The position numbers and the translations under genes are program-made. Of a stretch of 64,000 bases of DNA, positions 60,593-64,000 are shown in pieces. This DNA is from Podarcis erhardii (Eukaryota), in assembly GCA_964252035.1 (NCBI GenBank), contig OZ176208.1; one strand, given 5' to 3'. A model generated the notes under the pieces. That model was not told the origin of the DNA, ran no database searches, and was given only the letters and a program-made list of their open reading frames with translations. Numbering within the stretch: position 1 is the stretch's first letter; each line of letters starts with the position of its first letter.

Positions 60593-61290
60593 TTTATTTA
60601 TATCCCGCCCTCTCCAGCCGAAGCTGGGCTCAGGGCGGCTAACAACACTAAAACAGTGCAACATTATAAAAACATTATAAAAATTAATTAATTAAAATCA
60701 AAATTGATGGCAACCATAAACTAAAGTTTTGTAAAAGTTTTGCCAAGTGTGCCTTCCTCCTAGCATGTTCCTCCCTTCAGTCCTGAGTTCAAGTGTCTTC
60801 AAAGCCCATGACACCTATGGTAAAGGCTGTTCTCCAACCGGAGCACTTGCAGGCCCAGTGTTTCCCAGTTGTCAGTGTTTATACTACATTTTTTTAAGAT
60901 TTGCCTTGAGACAGTCTTTAAACCTCTTTTGTTGACCACCAGCATTATGCTTTCCATTTTTAAGTTCGGAATAGAATAGTTGCTTTGGAAGACGATCATC
61001 AGGAATCCGCACAACATGACCAGTCCTATGAAGTTGATGTTGAAGAATCATTGCTTCAACACTGGTGATCCTTGCTTCTTCCAGTACACTGATATTAGTT
61101 CACCTGTCTTCCCAAGTGATGTGTAAAATTTTTTGGAGACACTGTTGATGGAATCTTTCGAGGAGTTGGAGATGGCGTTTATACGTGGTCCATGTTTCAC
61201 AAGCATATAGTAAGGTTGGTATTCATTTCTACCATACACTAACAGACTCTGGTAGCACCGATCTATGACAATATATTCACCTGCATTGCC
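60385..61290 (-). mobile_element. RTE-clade LINE 3' fragment, interrupted
   Basis: ITWEDR*TNISVLEEARITSVEAMILQHQLHRTGHVVRIPDDRLPKQLFYSELK is RTE RT C-terminal sequence; (GAA)n tail at 60385-60395. Confidence 0.88.
60547..60737 (-). mobile_element. L2 3' end with (ATT)15 tail nested in the RTE
   Basis: Splits GTGTGGATTT | GCCAAGTGTGCC; reverse near-identical to 11861-11936. Confidence 0.8.
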
Positions 61291-62284
61291 TTTATAGTCT
61301 TCTGAAAACTGAATACCCACTGGCTGGCTCAGGGAATTTATTACAAACCATTCTACTCTGTAGGGTCATAATTCAAATTTTCCCAATACTGTCTGAAAAT
61401 ATTCTGATTAGACAGCTGTAGGGAGTGAAAAGGGAGAGAACCATAAAAATGCATGGTATAAATAGAAACGAAGATTAAAAGCTATGGATCTGCTTCGGGT
61501 TATTTCCCACTTACAGCTTTCCACTACTTCTAGGGCCCAGTGTGTGACAGAAGAAATATGGCCTTATCTAATTTTATTTCATTTTTGAAGTATGCATTTC
61601 AGCAACCTTCTGCTTTGTGCTTCTTCTTGCGCACTCAGAAATCGGTACAATGTGATTCCAAGAGTTTAACAGAATCTTGATGTTCTCTGGTACACTTTCA
61701 GTATTACCATTTTGCCCAATACAGGCAACCCCCCCCCCCAATTTGCACGGGGGTTGCATTCTGGGTTGTTGGGTGTGGTGGTGGAGCACTTACAGTATAA
61801 GCCCGCCCCACCCTGTTATGCCCCCACCTCTTGTCTGCCCCCATTTCCTTCCACTTCAGGGTTTGTGGCGATGAACATGTGCATGGTCATGCATGCTTTG
61901 AACGTGTGCAAAATATTATTAGCCTGCACTGCTAATTGCACAAAGACAAAAGGTGTGAAATGATCCATTTGGCAAAGTGACTTTTGCAGAAATGGTACAT
62001 CATTGGTTCCTGTTTGCTTTTCGTCATGTAATTAAATATATAAGTAAGTGAAAAATGTTTAATAAAAATGAACTTGCTAGCATGTTCATCTTCCAAGACC
62101 TAATTTAACATTATGTCTTTGCATGGTTTTTGAAAGCAATAAAATGTGTGTTTACAGGTATTAAGTTTGCCTACTGGCCAGACACACAGACACACTCTCC
62201 ACCCCCCACCAAAAAAATCTGGCCTCCTTTTTAACAGAAACTTGATTTGCAGAAATCAGCAGGTGATGGTGTTACAGCCTAGAG

Positions 62285-62465
62285 ATAAGAATTTAAGAAG
62301 AGCCCCTGCTGGTTCAGGCCAGTGGTCCATCTAATCTAGCATCTTGTTCTGACAGTGGCCAGCCGGATGTTTATAGGAAGCCTGAAATCAGGAGCTGAAC
62401 ACCACAGCTTCCCCCACTCCTGTGGTTTGCAGTAAATCGTATGCAGAAGCATACTGCACCAGACA
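62285..62465 (+). mobile_element. CR1-type 3'UTR remnant (antisense)
   Basis: TAAGAAGAGCCCCTGCTGGTTCAGGCCAGTGGTCCATCTAATCTAGCATCTTGTTCTGACAGTGGCC. Confidence 0.7.
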
Positions 62466-62883
62466 GGGAGGGAGTAAGGTAATAAGGATTATCAACTGCT
62501 AATATCTACTTTTAAAAGCACAGGAGCAGAAGCCACTATGCTGACAAGCTTCGGATACTTCCAGTTTGGTGACTCTTAGCACTACCCAGTCATTGCTCCT
62601 CTGATGTAAGCTGAATGCAGAATTGCAATTGATTTTCCACACTTTGGTGGGTAAATAACTTTCTTCAGTGTGTGATTCCCAGTATATTTCATCCTTTAGT
62701 GGGCACGACATAGCCATGCAGGTGGGGGACCATTCACCAGAGCACATCATTTTCTTATATCAATATTTTGCACCAAAGTATTTGCTCTAAAGTCCAGCTT
62801 TATTCAGAAACCACTGCATTAAAATATTTCAGTCATTTTAAATTTACATGCTTGAAATAATTTTAGTACAAAGACTCTCCTCC

Positions 62884-63596
62884 TGCAAGAGAGGGGAGTG
62901 ATTGTGGGCAGGAGCCAGACTCCGCCCCGAGCAGGGGGCATTTGCCCCCTGCCTCCCACTCACCTGGCTAGCGCCCACACCCACGGCCAGGTCTCACTTT
63001 TCGTCGTCCGTCGCGAGTCACCCACCCTCCACTCCCTTAGAGCAGGGTTGCAGTTTTCTTTTGGCCTTGCTATGGACCTTAGGTTGGTCGCCCTGGTTGT
63101 CCAGGGGGCCTGGTAGGAATTTTTCCATTTGGCATTAGGCTTTTTGTTTTTTTCGCCTACCTCATAGCAATTGTCACAACCTTCGTGGTATTGGTGGGTA
63201 GGTTAAGCATTGGAATAATGTGTTGTGGTGTGTTGAAGGGCTAGGTGTGGTCATCGCCTATGTCTTCAATTTTTGGGTATTCCGTTAAAGGAATCCGGCG
63301 GTCATGTATTCTGTCCGATGCCTGCGTGGCGGGAGGCCATGGCACGACCCTCGGTGACATCAGGGGAGAGTTTATAGTTGGATTAGCATCAACAGGCTCC
63401 ACCTACTGGTGAATAAACCCCCCTGTTTTAGACTCACCCCTCTCCGAGTGGGTGGAGTCAGCTGACGTAATGCCTAAGCCAATACCTTTTCACTTGCTGT
63501 AATCAATAAAGTTGTGGCCTTTTCTTGCCCTTAACCTTATATCACGTGTCCTTGTGTTTTCATTCAACTATGTGGGGATCGGGTCCTCGAACCACA
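62884..63596 (+). mobile_element. LTR-like or DIRS/Ngaro-type terminal repeat, copy 2 (CpG-rich, younger)
   Basis: TG...CA bounded, TGACGTAA and CCAAT followed by AATAAAGTTGTGGCC; homologous to 47135-47960; flanks do not form a TSD. Confidence 0.55.
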
Positions 63597-63616
63597 AACT
63601 GAAGTTCAGCAACATC

Positions 63617-64000
63617 CAGCGGCATAGCGTGGGTTGTCAGCACCCGGGGCAAGGCAAGTAATTTGTGCCCCCTAACCCGGGGCAAGGCAAGTAATTTGCA
63701 CCCCTAACCCCTAACCTGCCACCGCTGCCAGCTTCTTCTTGCTGCTGCCTGGGCTGGTCGGCTGTGGTTCTCTCCCGCGCTCAGCGCTGCGCTGTGTGGC
63801 CGCTGCACTGTCCCTCCCCCAGATAGTCCCTCCCTCACTCTCTCTCCGCTCCGCACTGCAACGCACGCCTGGCACCCTCCCCCTCCACAGTGGGCGGCGA
63901 CCCAGCAGCTCGGATCGGATTCGCACAGCCAGCACTGCAGTGAGAGAGAGTGAGCCAGGTAGGGGCAGAGAGCTGCGAGTGCGAGCGCCCCCCCCAAATG
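63617..64000. mobile_element. GC-rich non-autonomous DNA element (Harbinger-like), runs off the window
   Basis: Begins CAGCGGCATAGCGTGGG; 33-bp tandem duplication at 63642-63707; CpG-rich interior. Confidence 0.5.

Noticed and set aside
61048-61320. 90-aa ORF as a host gene exon
   Set aside because: Off-frame translation of the RTE remnant.
63700-64000. CpG-island promoter
   Set aside because: The CpG-rich stretch lies inside a young GC-rich DNA element and next to a young LTR-like repeat; youth explains the CpG retention. The downstream context is outside the window.

Overview
64 kb of non-coding, AT-rich vertebrate genomic DNA, most likely from a lacertid lizard. This is inferred from Sauria SINEs of two subtypes, tRNA-derived SINEs with L2 or CR1 tails, and BovB/RTE, CR1 and L2 remnants. 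I recognise no intact protein-coding gene, RNA gene or CRISPR array; every ORF in the supplied track is either random or lies in a transposon remnant. The window looks like a large intron or gene desert: dense old and young transposon debris (several nested insertions with exact target-site duplications, TSDs) between AT-rich, CpG-retaining, repeat-free blocks that may be conserved non-coding elements (CNEs). The best-supported structures are a complete 243-bp solo LTR with a 4-bp TSD, hAT and Tc1/mariner MITEs, and multi-layer nests. The most puzzling are two diverged copies of a ~0.7-0.8 kb LTR-like repeat with no TSD (47.1-48.0 kb minus, 62.9-63.6 kb plus), a CpG-rich AT-rich block at 2.4-2.95 kb, and a few strong orphan splice-site pairs. 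I found no convincing novel biological system. Repeat family names come from pattern recall, not database searches, and many boundaries are approximate.
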